DNA of 64,000 nt, taken from IMG/VR virus record IMGVR_UViG_3300032053_000040, positions 1 to 64,000 of that record; one strand, 5' to 3'. The position numbers and the translations under genes are program-made. Below, piece by piece: positions 38,722-47,976 of this stretch (position 1 is the stretch's first letter; every line of letters begins with the position of its first letter). The DNA is from a virus. Below the pieces are notes generated by a model that saw nothing but the letters and a program-made list of their open reading frames with translations, was not told where the DNA came from and did no database searches.

Positions 38722-39165
38722 TTGATAGATAGCGACGATCCGCATAATTGGTTATTGCTTTCTCGGATGCCCGAGTTTTGGGAGATGGCTGGTCATCTAT
38801 CCTCAGAAGAAACAACACAAAGATGGGCAGAGATTCCGGTATATTATAAACCATTGGCATATACTATTATTCGGTTATCAATCTGGATGCCAGGATGTTC
38901 GTGCTTCTTTTTTAGGCAAATGCTTTTCATATGTTATAAGCGCCTTTTAGAACGAGGGCAGATTGATCTTGAGAGAAAGCCCATCAAACCGGTTGATATT
39001 CACCTTCCCTATTATTGGTATGGGGATGGTGTTATGGTTCCACCTGAATATATTGTGAAGATCTCCAACGGGATCGTAGGTTTTAGGTGTGACGAATCGG
39101 TGGAAAAGTGCCTAATGAGCAAGGAAGAATGCAGATTTAGAGATGTCCTGGAGGAGAAGAGATGA
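38722..39165 (+). CDS. Hypothetical protein
   Basis: ORF track. Confidence 0.55.
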   Translation: MIDSDDPHNWLLLSRMPEFWEMAGHLSSEETTQRWAEIPVYYKPLAYTIIRLSIWMPGCSCFFFRQMLFICYKRLLERGQIDLERKPIKPVDIHLPYYWYGDGVMVPPEYIVKISNGIVGFRCDESVEKCLMSKEECRFRDVLEEKR

Positions 39166-39605
39166 AAGTCTACCTGGCAAGCAGTTGGAAGAACATTGTT
39201 ATGGTTCGAAAGGTAGCAGAGGATCTGAGGAAGAAAGACATCGAGGTAGAGGACTTCACCGACCCGTCAAATGGACACCATACCTTTTGCTGGCAGGATA
39301 TCGAACCATCGGTTCGGGCTCACCTAAATACCAAGACCTTTGTCCAGGATCATCGCACAGTAGAAGCCTATTTCGAGGACATAGGCAGGATTGAATGGTG
39401 CGATGCTCTCCTCATGATAATGCCCTGCGCTAAATCCTCGCATATCGAATTTGGATATGCCAAGGCTCTCGGGAAGAAGTGCCTCATATACTATCCAGGC
39501 GGCCTAGTGCAGGGCGAGTTCGAGACTATGTACGTAGGCGCAACCCTCATCACCGACGCCTGGGACGAAATCGTGTCCTACCTGAGGTGGGGGTATAGGA
39601 CATGA
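39162..39605 (+). CDS. Nucleoside 2-deoxyribosyltransferase-like protein
   Basis: KVYLASS, DIGRIEWCDALL, SSHIEFGYAKALGK. Confidence 0.8.
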   Translation: MKVYLASSWKNIVMVRKVAEDLRKKDIEVEDFTDPSNGHHTFCWQDIEPSVRAHLNTKTFVQDHRTVEAYFEDIGRIEWCDALLMIMPCAKSSHIEFGYAKALGKKCLIYYPGGLVQGEFETMYVGATLITDAWDEIVSYLRWGYRT

Positions 39606-39787
39606 TCACCGTAACCATTAGTATCAATGGCAAAACGATCTACGCCAGGAGCGCAAGACACACAGGAGATAGTGAAGACGGAGTAGCCATTTACACGCTT
39701 GACACTGGGGACAAGCTCCTCCATGTACGCAAGGATGGCGCCGTGGTCCTGGCGAAGAAGATGTTAGATACGATATTCGATATATGA
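39602..39787 (+). CDS. Small hypothetical protein
   Basis: Overlapping start and stop codons. Confidence 0.6.
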   Translation: MITVTISINGKTIYARSARHTGDSEDGVAIYTLDTGDKLLHVRKDGAVVLAKKMLDTIFDI

Positions 39788-39924
39788 TCACAGAACAGAG
39801 GATGGATAAGGCAAATTGATATAACCGGCTGTTTTATAGGAACTTTTAAATACTAAAAACGTTCATAAATCCAAATCATCCCATAAGAATAAAGGTGGGC
39901 ACAAAAAAATAGCAACAGAGAGGT

Positions 39925-40416
39925 TTGATAGAAATGTACGGAAAAGCAATGGTTGGATTGGTGATCATGCTCATATCAGCATGTTCAATGGTGGCAACGG
40001 CTGAAGACATCTCCCTCAAGGCTGGAGGTATCTCTATGAAATTCCCAGTTGAGGGTGTGGTATCAAAGCAAATTATAGGCCCCGAAGTTCAGCTCCTGAC
40101 GACCGGTGGAGCATCAGCTCACGTCTCAATTGAGTGCAGGGGCGAAGGGGTGTTCGCTTCGCTTCCGGCCCCGGAACAGGTGAAGGATGTTCTCACCAGG
40201 ATGCTGCCCACTGGCACAAAGGCAACTTATGAGTACGGCGACAATTGCGCAGTAATAGCCAAAAGCGACGGCAAATTCACAGCTATCGTCCCCATAGATC
40301 CCTGGCACTTTGCCTTGGCAAAATCGGACAACCGCGACCTGATCCAGGCAGTCATCATGGCAAAATTCAGTGGTCAGATGCTGACCAACTCCGGGGACGT
40401 TGACGAAAACCCATGA
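39925..40416 (+). CDS. Secreted protein
   Basis: Signal peptide; own promoter and terminator. Confidence 0.7.
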   Translation: MIEMYGKAMVGLVIMLISACSMVATAEDISLKAGGISMKFPVEGVVSKQIIGPEVQLLTTGGASAHVSIECRGEGVFASLPAPEQVKDVLTRMLPTGTKATYEYGDNCAVIAKSDGKFTAIVPIDPWHFALAKSDNRDLIQAVIMAKFSGQMLTNSGDVDENP

Positions 40417-40417
40417 T

Positions 40418-40450
40418 CAGCGGTGACGACCGCTGTTTTTTAATTTTTTT
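40418..40450 (+). terminator. Hairpin plus T-run terminator
   Basis: cagcggt-gacg-accgctg followed by T-runs. Confidence 0.7.
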
Positions 40451-40592
40451 GGGCGGAAAGATAAATGGAAAACGAAACCAAGGATCAACGAGCCTATTCT
40501 AACAACGAAGATCCGAGCGGCAAAAAGACGCTTGAACCTATCGTCATCCACGGATTGGGCAGTGGAGAATATTCTTACTATTAACATGGGAT

Positions 40593-40679
40593 GCCGCTTT
40601 AGCTCAGGTAGGCCAGAGCGCCCGGCCTGTACTGAATCAGGAAACCGGAAGATCGCCGGTTCGACTCCGGCAAGCGGCT
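40593..40679 (+). tRNA. tRNA-Thr(TGT) with a 12-nt intron (40632-40643)
   Basis: Acceptor GCCGCTT/AAGCGGC with U73, D arm GCTC/GAGC, T arm GCCGG-TTCGACT-CCGGC, CCTG/CAGG splice helix; C at position 33. Confidence 0.8.
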
Positions 40680-40695
40680 TTGAATGGAGAAAACA

Positions 40696-40971
40696 ATGCA
40701 AACAAATTTCAAGATAGGCGATAAAGTTTTATTCCTGCCAGGAGCAGCTTATGGATCCAGGCCCTTTCCAGAGTGCGAACGAGGAACGATAACAGGCTTC
40801 TCCACAGGATTAAGGCCAAGATTATCCACCATCAAAGCATACGATCACAAAAACTTTGGTGGGCCGATGATCCAATCCCATCCTATAATTGTCAAATGGG
40901 ATAAGAAACAATTTAGATTGGCCATCTCCTCAATAAGTCCTAGCGATCTAATAAAACTGGATGACCTGTGA
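40696..40971 (+). CDS. Hypothetical protein (SH3-like)
   Basis: FKIGDKV...GTI pattern. Confidence 0.6.
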   Translation: MQTNFKIGDKVLFLPGAAYGSRPFPECERGTITGFSTGLRPRLSTIKAYDHKNFGGPMIQSHPIIVKWDKKQFRLAISSISPSDLIKLDDL

Positions 40972-41309
40972 TGTTCAACTGCATATTCGACGTTGACTGC
41001 GACACCTTCATAATAGAGCACATAAACTTGTTTGAACGACAGCAAGGCAACTTCAGTCGTCTAGTACGAAACCTGGGTAACCACGGCTACGAGATCCAGG
41101 TCCTCAAGCCAGCCTACCAAATGAGAGAGATCCTATCCCATCTAGGATTCATTCAGGTAGGAGAAGATTGGATAAAACCAAAGGGAAGTGGTGAGCTGCG
41201 CAAGATCCCACGATTCTCATCCGACCCAACGTTCGAGCCCTTTTTCGAATTTAAATTAAAATTGGCGCCAGATGCTGTTGCAGGAAACAAGACTTCTGAA
41301 ATTATCTAA
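40968..41309 (+). CDS. Hypothetical protein
   Basis: ORF track. Confidence 0.55.
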   Translation: MMFNCIFDVDCDTFIIEHINLFERQQGNFSRLVRNLGNHGYEIQVLKPAYQMREILSHLGFIQVGEDWIKPKGSGELRKIPRFSSDPTFEPFFEFKLKLAPDAVAGNKTSEII

Positions 41310-41727
41310 TAAGCAGCCATACGAAGGTTCCCACCTCACCGATTCCAAAGACTACCAGAATATGCCCCCTCCCCCGCCCACACCCCTACCTCACGAGCTC
41401 CAAATGCCCCTCAAAAGCATATTCGAGGCTATAGAGGATTATATCTCTCTAGCCAAAACTTAACTATCTGCCATGTTTCTTCCCGTCAAAATCGTTCTTA
41501 ATATACTGTTTTAGGAAGTCCCCCCTTCTCTGCCGACCATCACTTCCTAAGTGCGGTACGAAAGTGTTTTGGAAGTCTCTCTCCGGGGCAAAACCCAAAA
41601 AAAGAGACTGTTCCGGCCCTAGAATTGCAGCAAACGACTTATAGGGCCATCGCACAATTTTATAACCGGCGAGCTTTAAAGTTTCCGCGAAAGAACGAAC
41701 AATCCATACCTTTTCAAGGGGGAGACG

Positions 41728-42681
41728 TTGGATACTGACGCCAAAGGTCGTTTCCAAAATGGAAACAAACAGTTTACCAAGCAGAAACGTGACTCTTTAG
41801 GACATTTTTTGTCGGCGAAAGCGCCGCTTGGTAACGGTTCCGATAGAAAGAAATTCTCTAAAAAAGAAGTTGAGTCGGCGATCAAACTCATCGAGAACTC
41901 CGGCTATTTTGTAACCAAAACCCCCCTCCAGCAGGGGTACACATTCGACCTCGACATCGATCCGGTGAAGGGCAAGACATACAAGATCGGCTGCGTCTCG
42001 GACACTCACCTCGGGTCCAAGTACCAACAGCTCAAGAGCCTCCATCGGTTCTACAAGCACTGCGCAGACGAGGGCATAACCACGATCCTCCATGCCGGCG
42101 ACATATGCGACGGCATGTTTGTCTATAAAGGCCACGAGTTCGAGGTCTTCCGACATGGTGCAGACGAGATCTGCGAGTACGTTTGCCAGAACTATCCAGA
42201 CTATGGGATAACGACCGAGCTTCTCTGCGGCAACCACGATGAGTCTCTATATCGGCGTTCCGGGATGGACATAGGCGAAGCAATAAGCAATAAGAGGAAA
42301 GACATAATCCACAGAGGATTTCATAGCGCAAATTTCCTCGTGGGCGACTTGAAGATAGCACTGCACCACGGAATCGGTGGAACGGCCTACGCCAGATCAT
42401 ATAAGTGTCAGAAGCTTGCAGAGGCACACGTTGAGGACGATCCCGCAGAAGCCGCCAGGATCATAATACTCGGTCATTACCACTGTTCATGTATCCTTCC
42501 CGACTACATGAAATTTTTTATGGTACAAATGGGATGTTTCCAGGCACAAACGAGTCTCGGCCGGCGCCTGGGCCGCATCCCCGATATAGCCGGCATAATC
42601 CTGGAGTTCAAAGGTGGCAGATCATTCAGCGTGCCTAAGTGTACCTATCTCAAGTACGATAGCGTAAAGGAGGACTACTAA
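41728..42681 (+). CDS. Calcineurin-like metallophosphoesterase
   Basis: SDTHLG, GDICDG, GNHD, HHG, GHYH. Confidence 0.9.
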   Translation: MDTDAKGRFQNGNKQFTKQKRDSLGHFLSAKAPLGNGSDRKKFSKKEVESAIKLIENSGYFVTKTPLQQGYTFDLDIDPVKGKTYKIGCVSDTHLGSKYQQLKSLHRFYKHCADEGITTILHAGDICDGMFVYKGHEFEVFRHGADEICEYVCQNYPDYGITTELLCGNHDESLYRRSGMDIGEAISNKRKDIIHRGFHSANFLVGDLKIALHHGIGGTAYARSYKCQKLAEAHVEDDPAEAARIIILGHYHCSCILPDYMKFFMVQMGCFQAQTSLGRRLGRIPDIAGIILEFKGGRSFSVPKCTYLKYDSVKEDY

Positions 42682-42966
42682 GTTCAGGCCAAGTCTGCTT
42701 TGATTTTCCCCAGTTGGTACACGATACTTAACACGGGAGCAAGGTTGGTGTCTCAACCGGGGGTCTCCATTATAAAAAAATATCTAGCGATCTCGTTTAA
42801 AATCGATTTTAAGACACTTTTTTTCATCCCCCCACCTCCAATTACCTTTTCTGATTTTTCATGGCCTTAAATCAGATTTAAATGAACCCATAGCGGCGAC
42901 TGTGTTTTAGCACCAAAACGCAACAGTTTCCATCTGATTCTGAGATAGAACGATCATCAGAAAACT

Positions 42967-43366
42967 GTCAACTACCCCACCCTGAAGGATGTGGCTTGCG
43001 ACTACGCAAAAAGTCGTGTCGCTATCGGCTGGTTGACTCCAGATGGCGAATCCTGGGATTATTCCGGCAGCCTGCTTTGGACGGAGAGCTTGACGCCGTT
43101 AAGTGGTTAAGTCGTTTCTGCTTAACTCGGCCCAGATCCTTGCGGATCTCATGCCTTCCAAAGCGATTGATTTCCGTTCACCGTCTCTCTTCGGTTGTCC
43201 GAAGTGCCCTACCTTCTTGCGAAGGCGGAAATCTGTTTCCTGGCCTGTTACCAGGGAACTATAGAGATATTATGCTTAATGGTATATTAAGGTATTTGCG
43301 GCAACGGTGGGGCCAATTCATCCCCGCCCTGAAGGATGGGGTCTTCTTGGACACGGAGAGAAAACT
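42967..43366 (-). mobile_element. Non-autonomous IS200/IS605 element (no ORF, omega-RNA-like)
   Basis: Subterminal hairpins gtcaactaccccaccctgaaggatgtggcttg and ccaattcatccccgccctgaaggatggggtcttcttgg; removing it restores the promoter seen at 47874. Confidence 0.8.
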
Positions 43367-43461
43367 ATAAATACCTACCATGTATATATATCATAACCAA
43401 TCATTTTATCCCCTAATAGGTTGGGGGATAGGTTGGCTAAAAAGGAGGCGAAAAGGCGATG
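43359..43461 (+). promoter_or_regulatory. 103-bp promoter-leader-RBS repeat, copy 1
   Basis: agaaaactataaatacc...aaggaggcgaaaaggcgATG; one mismatch versus copy 2. Confidence 0.9.
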
Positions 43462-43662
43462 AAATACCAGGTTGAGGTCCAGACTGTAAGGGGTCTCAAA
43501 TTCAGCGGGAAAGTAGAGGTTGACATCCCACCAAGTAGAGGCGTAAAGCTCCCCGGATTCAGAAGCGCGATTCCGGTCAAGACCTTGAGGGCCATAAAGA
43601 GCCAGGCCAAAATACAGCTCGGCGAGGAGATCAGGGCCTTCCGAGTTCTGGACGTGGTCTGA
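43459..43662 (+). CDS. Small hypothetical protein
   Basis: Starts at the repeat's ATG. Confidence 0.7.
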   Translation: MKYQVEVQTVRGLKFSGKVEVDIPPSRGVKLPGFRSAIPVKTLRAIKSQAKIQLGEEIRAFRVLDVV

Positions 43663-43663
43663 G

Positions 43664-43936
43664 ATGAGCCTGATAGACGGGGAGGAGTTCGATTACCTTG
43701 GAACAAATGAGGATGCCAAGGCAGGAGATCTCGAATTAATTGCAGAGGCTCTTAGCGAACTCATGGACAAGGCTAAGGAGATAGTCGATGGAACCAACGA
43801 GGAAGACTACTTCAAAGGTTACATCCTGGGCAACTTCGATTCCGACAGGTATGGATTCCTCGGAAAAGGAGTCATGGACTCATTCCGAGAGGTGATAACG
43901 AGGCTGGAAAACGACGGCATGGAGCCGGCCGAGTGA
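43664..43936 (+). CDS. Acidic hypothetical protein
   Basis: ORF track. Confidence 0.65.
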   Translation: MSLIDGEEFDYLGTNEDAKAGDLELIAEALSELMDKAKEIVDGTNEEDYFKGYILGNFDSDRYGFLGKGVMDSFREVITRLENDGMEPAE

Positions 43937-44040
43937 GGCGATCCAAGATGCCCATCATTTTCATTTATGGAATGTTCTCTCTCATAATCGGGGGGTACTG
44001 GTATCTTTCCGAGATGAGGGTGTAAAAGGAGGCGAATAAG

Positions 44041-44235
44041 ATGGAGATGGTAAAACCGAAGTGCAAGCTCATAGGCGAGGATGGAAATGTCTTCGCTATA
44101 ATGGGCCAGGTCGGCCGTGCTCTGAGGGCGAGCGGCCAAAGCAACAAGGTGAACGAGTTCATGGAAAAGGTAACCTCGTGCAGAAGCTATGATGAGGCCC
44201 TGCGAGTAGTGATGGAATACGTGGAGGTGGAGTAG
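44041..44235 (+). CDS. Small mobile-element protein
   Basis: KLIGEDGNVFAIMG...SYDEAL; RBS. Confidence 0.75.
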   Translation: MEMVKPKCKLIGEDGNVFAIMGQVGRALRASGQSNKVNEFMEKVTSCRSYDEALRVVMEYVEVE

Positions 44236-44583
44236 ATGCCCCTCGACAAAATTTTGGAAGAGATTGAAGCCACCAAAGGATCCGCCCAAAAGTGGTACGA
44301 TATTGTGTACTATGGCGACCAGGATCTCGGGGTTCAAAATTGCCCCCTATGTCTCCTTTATAACGAGTGCATGGATTGTCCCATTGGATGGATAACCGGC
44401 GAATACGTCTGTAAGGACTCCCCATACAGGTCCTGGTCAATCCACCAATTGCAAAAGCACAAGAGATTTGGTGGCAAAATAGAATGCGACGTCTGCCGCG
44501 AAAGTGCTAACTGGGAACTCATGTGGCTTCAGTTTGTCGAGGGAATGGTCAGCTACGGATATGAGAACGAGGAGGCTGGGTAG
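44236..44583 (+). CDS. Cys-rich hypothetical protein
   Basis: CPLC...CMDCPI. Confidence 0.65.
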   Translation: MPLDKILEEIEATKGSAQKWYDIVYYGDQDLGVQNCPLCLLYNECMDCPIGWITGEYVCKDSPYRSWSIHQLQKHKRFGGKIECDVCRESANWELMWLQFVEGMVSYGYENEEAG

Positions 44584-44823
44584 ATGCGGGTAACCAGGAT
44601 AACAGGAATCTCAAAGGATAGAGCCAAATTCCTCTTGGGACTTTTCGGGCCAGACGATCTCGAAATCCAACAGAAGACCATCGATGAGCTTCGATCATTG
44701 GCCGATCTTCTCGATAGCGGGAATTGTGCTGTAGCTGGTCTTGAACTGAACCGTGGACCAGTAAGAGGCCAATATGCAGGACTACGAAGCATTCGTGTGA
44801 AATATTACGACAACGAGGAGTGA
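44584..44823 (+). CDS. Hypothetical protein
   Basis: ORF track. Confidence 0.55.
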   Translation: MRVTRITGISKDRAKFLLGLFGPDDLEIQQKTIDELRSLADLLDSGNCAVAGLELNRGPVRGQYAGLRSIRVKYYDNEE

Positions 44824-44829
44824 ATTAAA

Positions 44830-45432
44830 ATGCACATGGTAATACGGGTCCTGGTCTATGCCGAGGACGCGGAAGAGGCGATGGGCATAGCACGAGGCGT
44901 GGCGGATGAGCTGTGTGAGAACCAAGAGCCATTCGACTACTGGACAGATTTCATGGAGGAGGGCGGGGTTGTAGCCGGCAAAGATAGGCGGGGCGAAATC
45001 CTGGCTGTCCAGCAAGTCTACACCAGGAGGCACAAGTGCGAATCGAGGGCCGGCCTGAAATTTGTGATGGACGGTATGAAAGCCATAAAACGCGAATTCA
45101 ACCAAAACCTGAAAACCGTCCGGGCCTACCTAACGACCTATGGCGACGAAGAGCTTTTCAAAGAGAAAAAGCGCAAATCGACAAACCTCGACCAGGTGGA
45201 AATCGATGCCAACGAACTAAGCATAGTCAACAATGTCTCAATGTTCAGATATTACTGCCATTGTCTCGGGCAGTACAGAGGATCTGAAATCTGGCTATAC
45301 GACCAAGAAGGCTCGGGACTCCGAACTCCATTCGACCTATGGCGCGTGCTTGAGCACAACGAGAGAAGCGGAATAGCCGACCCAAGATCGGATATGCCGC
45401 TCTGGGTAATCCCGTTCGATGTCCATTTCTGA
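44830..45432 (+). CDS. Hypothetical protein
   Basis: MHMVIRVLV...FDY...WVIPFDVHF. Confidence 0.75.
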   Translation: MHMVIRVLVYAEDAEEAMGIARGVADELCENQEPFDYWTDFMEEGGVVAGKDRRGEILAVQQVYTRRHKCESRAGLKFVMDGMKAIKREFNQNLKTVRAYLTTYGDEELFKEKKRKSTNLDQVEIDANELSIVNNVSMFRYYCHCLGQYRGSEIWLYDQEGSGLRTPFDLWRVLEHNERSGIADPRSDMPLWVIPFDVHF

Positions 45433-45444
45433 GGTGATAAAAGT

Positions 45445-45912
45445 ATGAAAATGCACAAACGCTGTCTGATGTGCAGAACCGCGTGGCCTTCGAATGGCGA
45501 GTGCCGCGACAATCTACTCATCAAGAGGCAGCTAGCGGTCCTTGAGGAACGAGACTTCATCCTGAGCTACTGCAAGACTACGATAAATATCATGAACGCC
45601 TTCGGGTTCAGCCTCCCTCGAATCGAAGATGCGGCCATCCCCTGTCCCGGGTTCGCCCTGGCAGAGACGGATTGCTACGTCTGCGGCGCCGAGATCCCCG
45701 AACCGACAAACGGGATGCGTATTCCGGGGATCTACTCTTTCGAGGAGGGAAGCTGGCATCCAGTCTGTAGCGATCAGTGCGAACGCCAGGGAACCACATA
45801 CGAACGCTACCTGTTCGACCAACAGACCAGCAGCTTGATCGAAAGGCTGCTTGTGGCCGAGACCAAAGGACAAGGACAAGGACAAGACCAGGACCAAGAG
45901 GCAGAAGCATGA
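45445..45912 (+). CDS. Cys-rich hypothetical protein
   Basis: CxxC motifs; GQ/DQ repeat tail. Confidence 0.65.
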   Translation: MKMHKRCLMCRTAWPSNGECRDNLLIKRQLAVLEERDFILSYCKTTINIMNAFGFSLPRIEDAAIPCPGFALAETDCYVCGAEIPEPTNGMRIPGIYSFEEGSWHPVCSDQCERQGTTYERYLFDQQTSSLIERLLVAETKGQGQGQDQDQEAEA

Positions 45913-46301
45913 GGAAAGACTTCTCTGTGAAAGACATCCGGCTCATCAAGTCCTCTCCTCCAGACAGGGGGCCAAGAGCCGGTGACGCAATTATCCTTGC
46001 ATCCGAAAGCTGGTCGATCGCAAAACGTGGCGCGATCGGATTCTTAGGAGGCTGCGTAGACCAGGACCAAGAAGAGTTCAGTATCTGCTTCAACGCCAGC
46101 AAGTACAGGGACGCCGGCGTAGTCTCCTGCTCCGGAGGTCCGGCGACGATAGTCACTCCGGCCGGCGAGCTGAAGCCCACCAGGTTCAAGGTAGGCTCCT
46201 GGTACTGGAAGTTCAAGAATAACATCTGGAAGGCCCACAATGGCGAGGACTACTGGATGGAAGTTCCTCTCTGGAAGTGGATACCGAAATACAACTGCTG
46301 A
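45909..46301 (+). CDS. Hypothetical protein
   Basis: Start overlaps the previous stop. Confidence 0.6.
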   Translation: MRKDFSVKDIRLIKSSPPDRGPRAGDAIILASESWSIAKRGAIGFLGGCVDQDQEEFSICFNASKYRDAGVVSCSGGPATIVTPAGELKPTRFKVGSWYWKFKNNIWKAHNGEDYWMEVPLWKWIPKYNC

Positions 46302-46324
46302 AAAAAAGTATAGGTGAGATTGAA

Positions 46325-47470
46325 ATGGACGACGTAGGGGTAAGACCCCCAGAAACTATCGATCTATCTCAGATCGATATGCCCGTAAGGATGGACGACC
46401 GCAGCTTCGACCGCAAGATGCTCCCGGATCTGATAAGGCACCTCCAGGATATCAGGGACCACAGCGTAGACTACGTGGCCCCCGGCGAGAAGATGACCTT
46501 CCAGCCGACCAACGATGCCCACGAGTGGGAGCTGGAGATAGCGACTGAGGAGGGGATCAAAATATTCCATCCGACCAACTGGGCCCAGAAGCAATCGGTA
46601 GACCGCACGCCCATACCACGTAGATATCATGACGATATGTTACGAGCCGGCAAGTCCCCGTTGGCTACAACGAACCTGAACTCCTGGTACAGGGACAAAG
46701 AAGGCATGATGGTCCGCACAGTAGGCGACAGGTTCAGGGCGATGGTGAGCCCGAGCTTCTTTGCCTATGATAGTTTAGACATGCTGAAACAGGTCGCCGT
46801 GAGCATCAAGACCATCAACGACTCGCGCCTGACGACTGAGCAGCCTGTCCAGTTCTATAAGGCCGACTGCTCGGAAACACACATCTACCTGGACCTCATA
46901 GACGAAGGCCAGCAGTACGACATAGGCAAAGGCGACATGTACAGCGCGATGCTTATAGTCCAGAACAACGAGGTCGGCGCCGGATCGATGAGCATCGAGC
47001 CCGGGTTCTTCAGGTGGGCCTGCATCAACAGGGCCATCAAATCCCCGGTACTCAGAAAGATCCATCGAGGCGAAAAGCTGGACGAAGGCATATTCTCCCC
47101 CGAGACTCGTAAGCTGGCCGCCGAGCTCTGGCACCGCCAGGTAAGGGATGTCATGAACTCGACACTGGTCAACCATAACCTCTTTGAGGTCTGGGCCCAG
47201 GAGCTCAGGGAATCCAAAGAGATCAAGGTGGTGCCTACCGTCTCCGTCAAGAAGGTAGCAGAAGAGTTCAAGATAACCGACGATGAGGTCCAGCTCATCC
47301 TGGACTGCATGATGAGCGACAAGACCGTCGAGCCGGACGACAGAGACTCAGCCTACGCTATAATCCAGGGCATGACAGCCGCAGCGAAACAGATGCCGCC
47401 AGACAGGAGCTACGAGTTCGGCAAGATGGCCGGAGAGACCAGACAGATCCTGACGGTGCTGGCAGCCTAG
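46325..47470 (+). CDS. DUF932/DUF945-like protein
   Basis: RAMVSPSF, NNEVGAGS...RWACIN, RKIHRG. Confidence 0.75.
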   Translation: MDDVGVRPPETIDLSQIDMPVRMDDRSFDRKMLPDLIRHLQDIRDHSVDYVAPGEKMTFQPTNDAHEWELEIATEEGIKIFHPTNWAQKQSVDRTPIPRRYHDDMLRAGKSPLATTNLNSWYRDKEGMMVRTVGDRFRAMVSPSFFAYDSLDMLKQVAVSIKTINDSRLTTEQPVQFYKADCSETHIYLDLIDEGQQYDIGKGDMYSAMLIVQNNEVGAGSMSIEPGFFRWACINRAIKSPVLRKIHRGEKLDEGIFSPETRKLAAELWHRQVRDVMNSTLVNHNLFEVWAQELRESKEIKVVPTVSVKKVAEEFKITDDEVQLILDCMMSDKTVEPDDRDSAYAIIQGMTAAAKQMPPDRSYEFGKMAGETRQILTVLAA

Positions 47471-47504
47471 ACAGCCAGCAGACATCAAAAACAGGTGTCG
47501 AAAA

Positions 47505-47744
47505 ATGACGGACGATGAAAAGATAAGCGGAACGATGTTCCTTATCGCCCACGGTCTTTTTCTGTACGCCGGGTCAAGGCTTGGCGACAAAGAGATGAGG
47601 GTCGATGACATCTTCCTGGCCCTCTGCATAGAAGGTCTCCAGGCGCTTCGCAACAGAGACGAGAGGGCAACAGAAAACGCAATCGAAAAGCTAGGAGCCT
47701 TTGCAGCAACGGCGGCGACCGTCATGGGCAGAAACGGTAACTAA
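47505..47744 (+). CDS. Hypothetical protein
   Basis: ORF track. Confidence 0.55.
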   Translation: MTDDEKISGTMFLIAHGLFLYAGSRLGDKEMRVDDIFLALCIEGLQALRNRDERATENAIEKLGAFAATAATVMGRNGN

Positions 47745-47752
47745 CCCAACGT

Positions 47753-47842
47753 GGCGACCAGAGGGTCAAACCAAAGTCATCGGTTCAGCCTCCTTAGCTC
47801 CGATGACGATTCTCTTTTCCTCTGGCCGCCTTTTACCCTTTT
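47753..47842 (+). ncRNA. Candidate structured RNA D (or elaborate terminator)
   Basis: ggcgaccagagg/cctctggccgcc outer stem, gtcatcgg/ccgatgac inner stem, T-rich tail. Confidence 0.45.
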
Positions 47843-47873
47843 CGATTTTGATTTCCGCTAGACGGCGATTCAC

Positions 47874-47976
47874 AGAAAACTATAAATACCTACCATGTAT
47901 ATATATCATAACCAATCATTTTATCCCCTAATAGGTGGGGGGATAGGTTGGCTAAAAAGGAGGCGAAAAGGCGATG
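47874..47976 (+). promoter_or_regulatory. 103-bp promoter-leader-RBS repeat, copy 2
   Basis: Near-identical to 43359-43461. Confidence 0.9.

Noticed and set aside
41464-41757. Minus-strand 97-aa ORF
   Set aside because: It is the only antisense candidate in a gap, has no motif and overlaps the phosphoesterase start; unsupported, though not excluded.
42996-43370. 124-aa ORF inside the IS605-derived element
   Set aside because: No transposase or TnpB motifs; it crosses the terminal hairpins and is likely spurious.
45868-45899. ggacaa/gaccag hexamer repeats
   Set aside because: Low-complexity coding tail (GQGQGQDQDQ).
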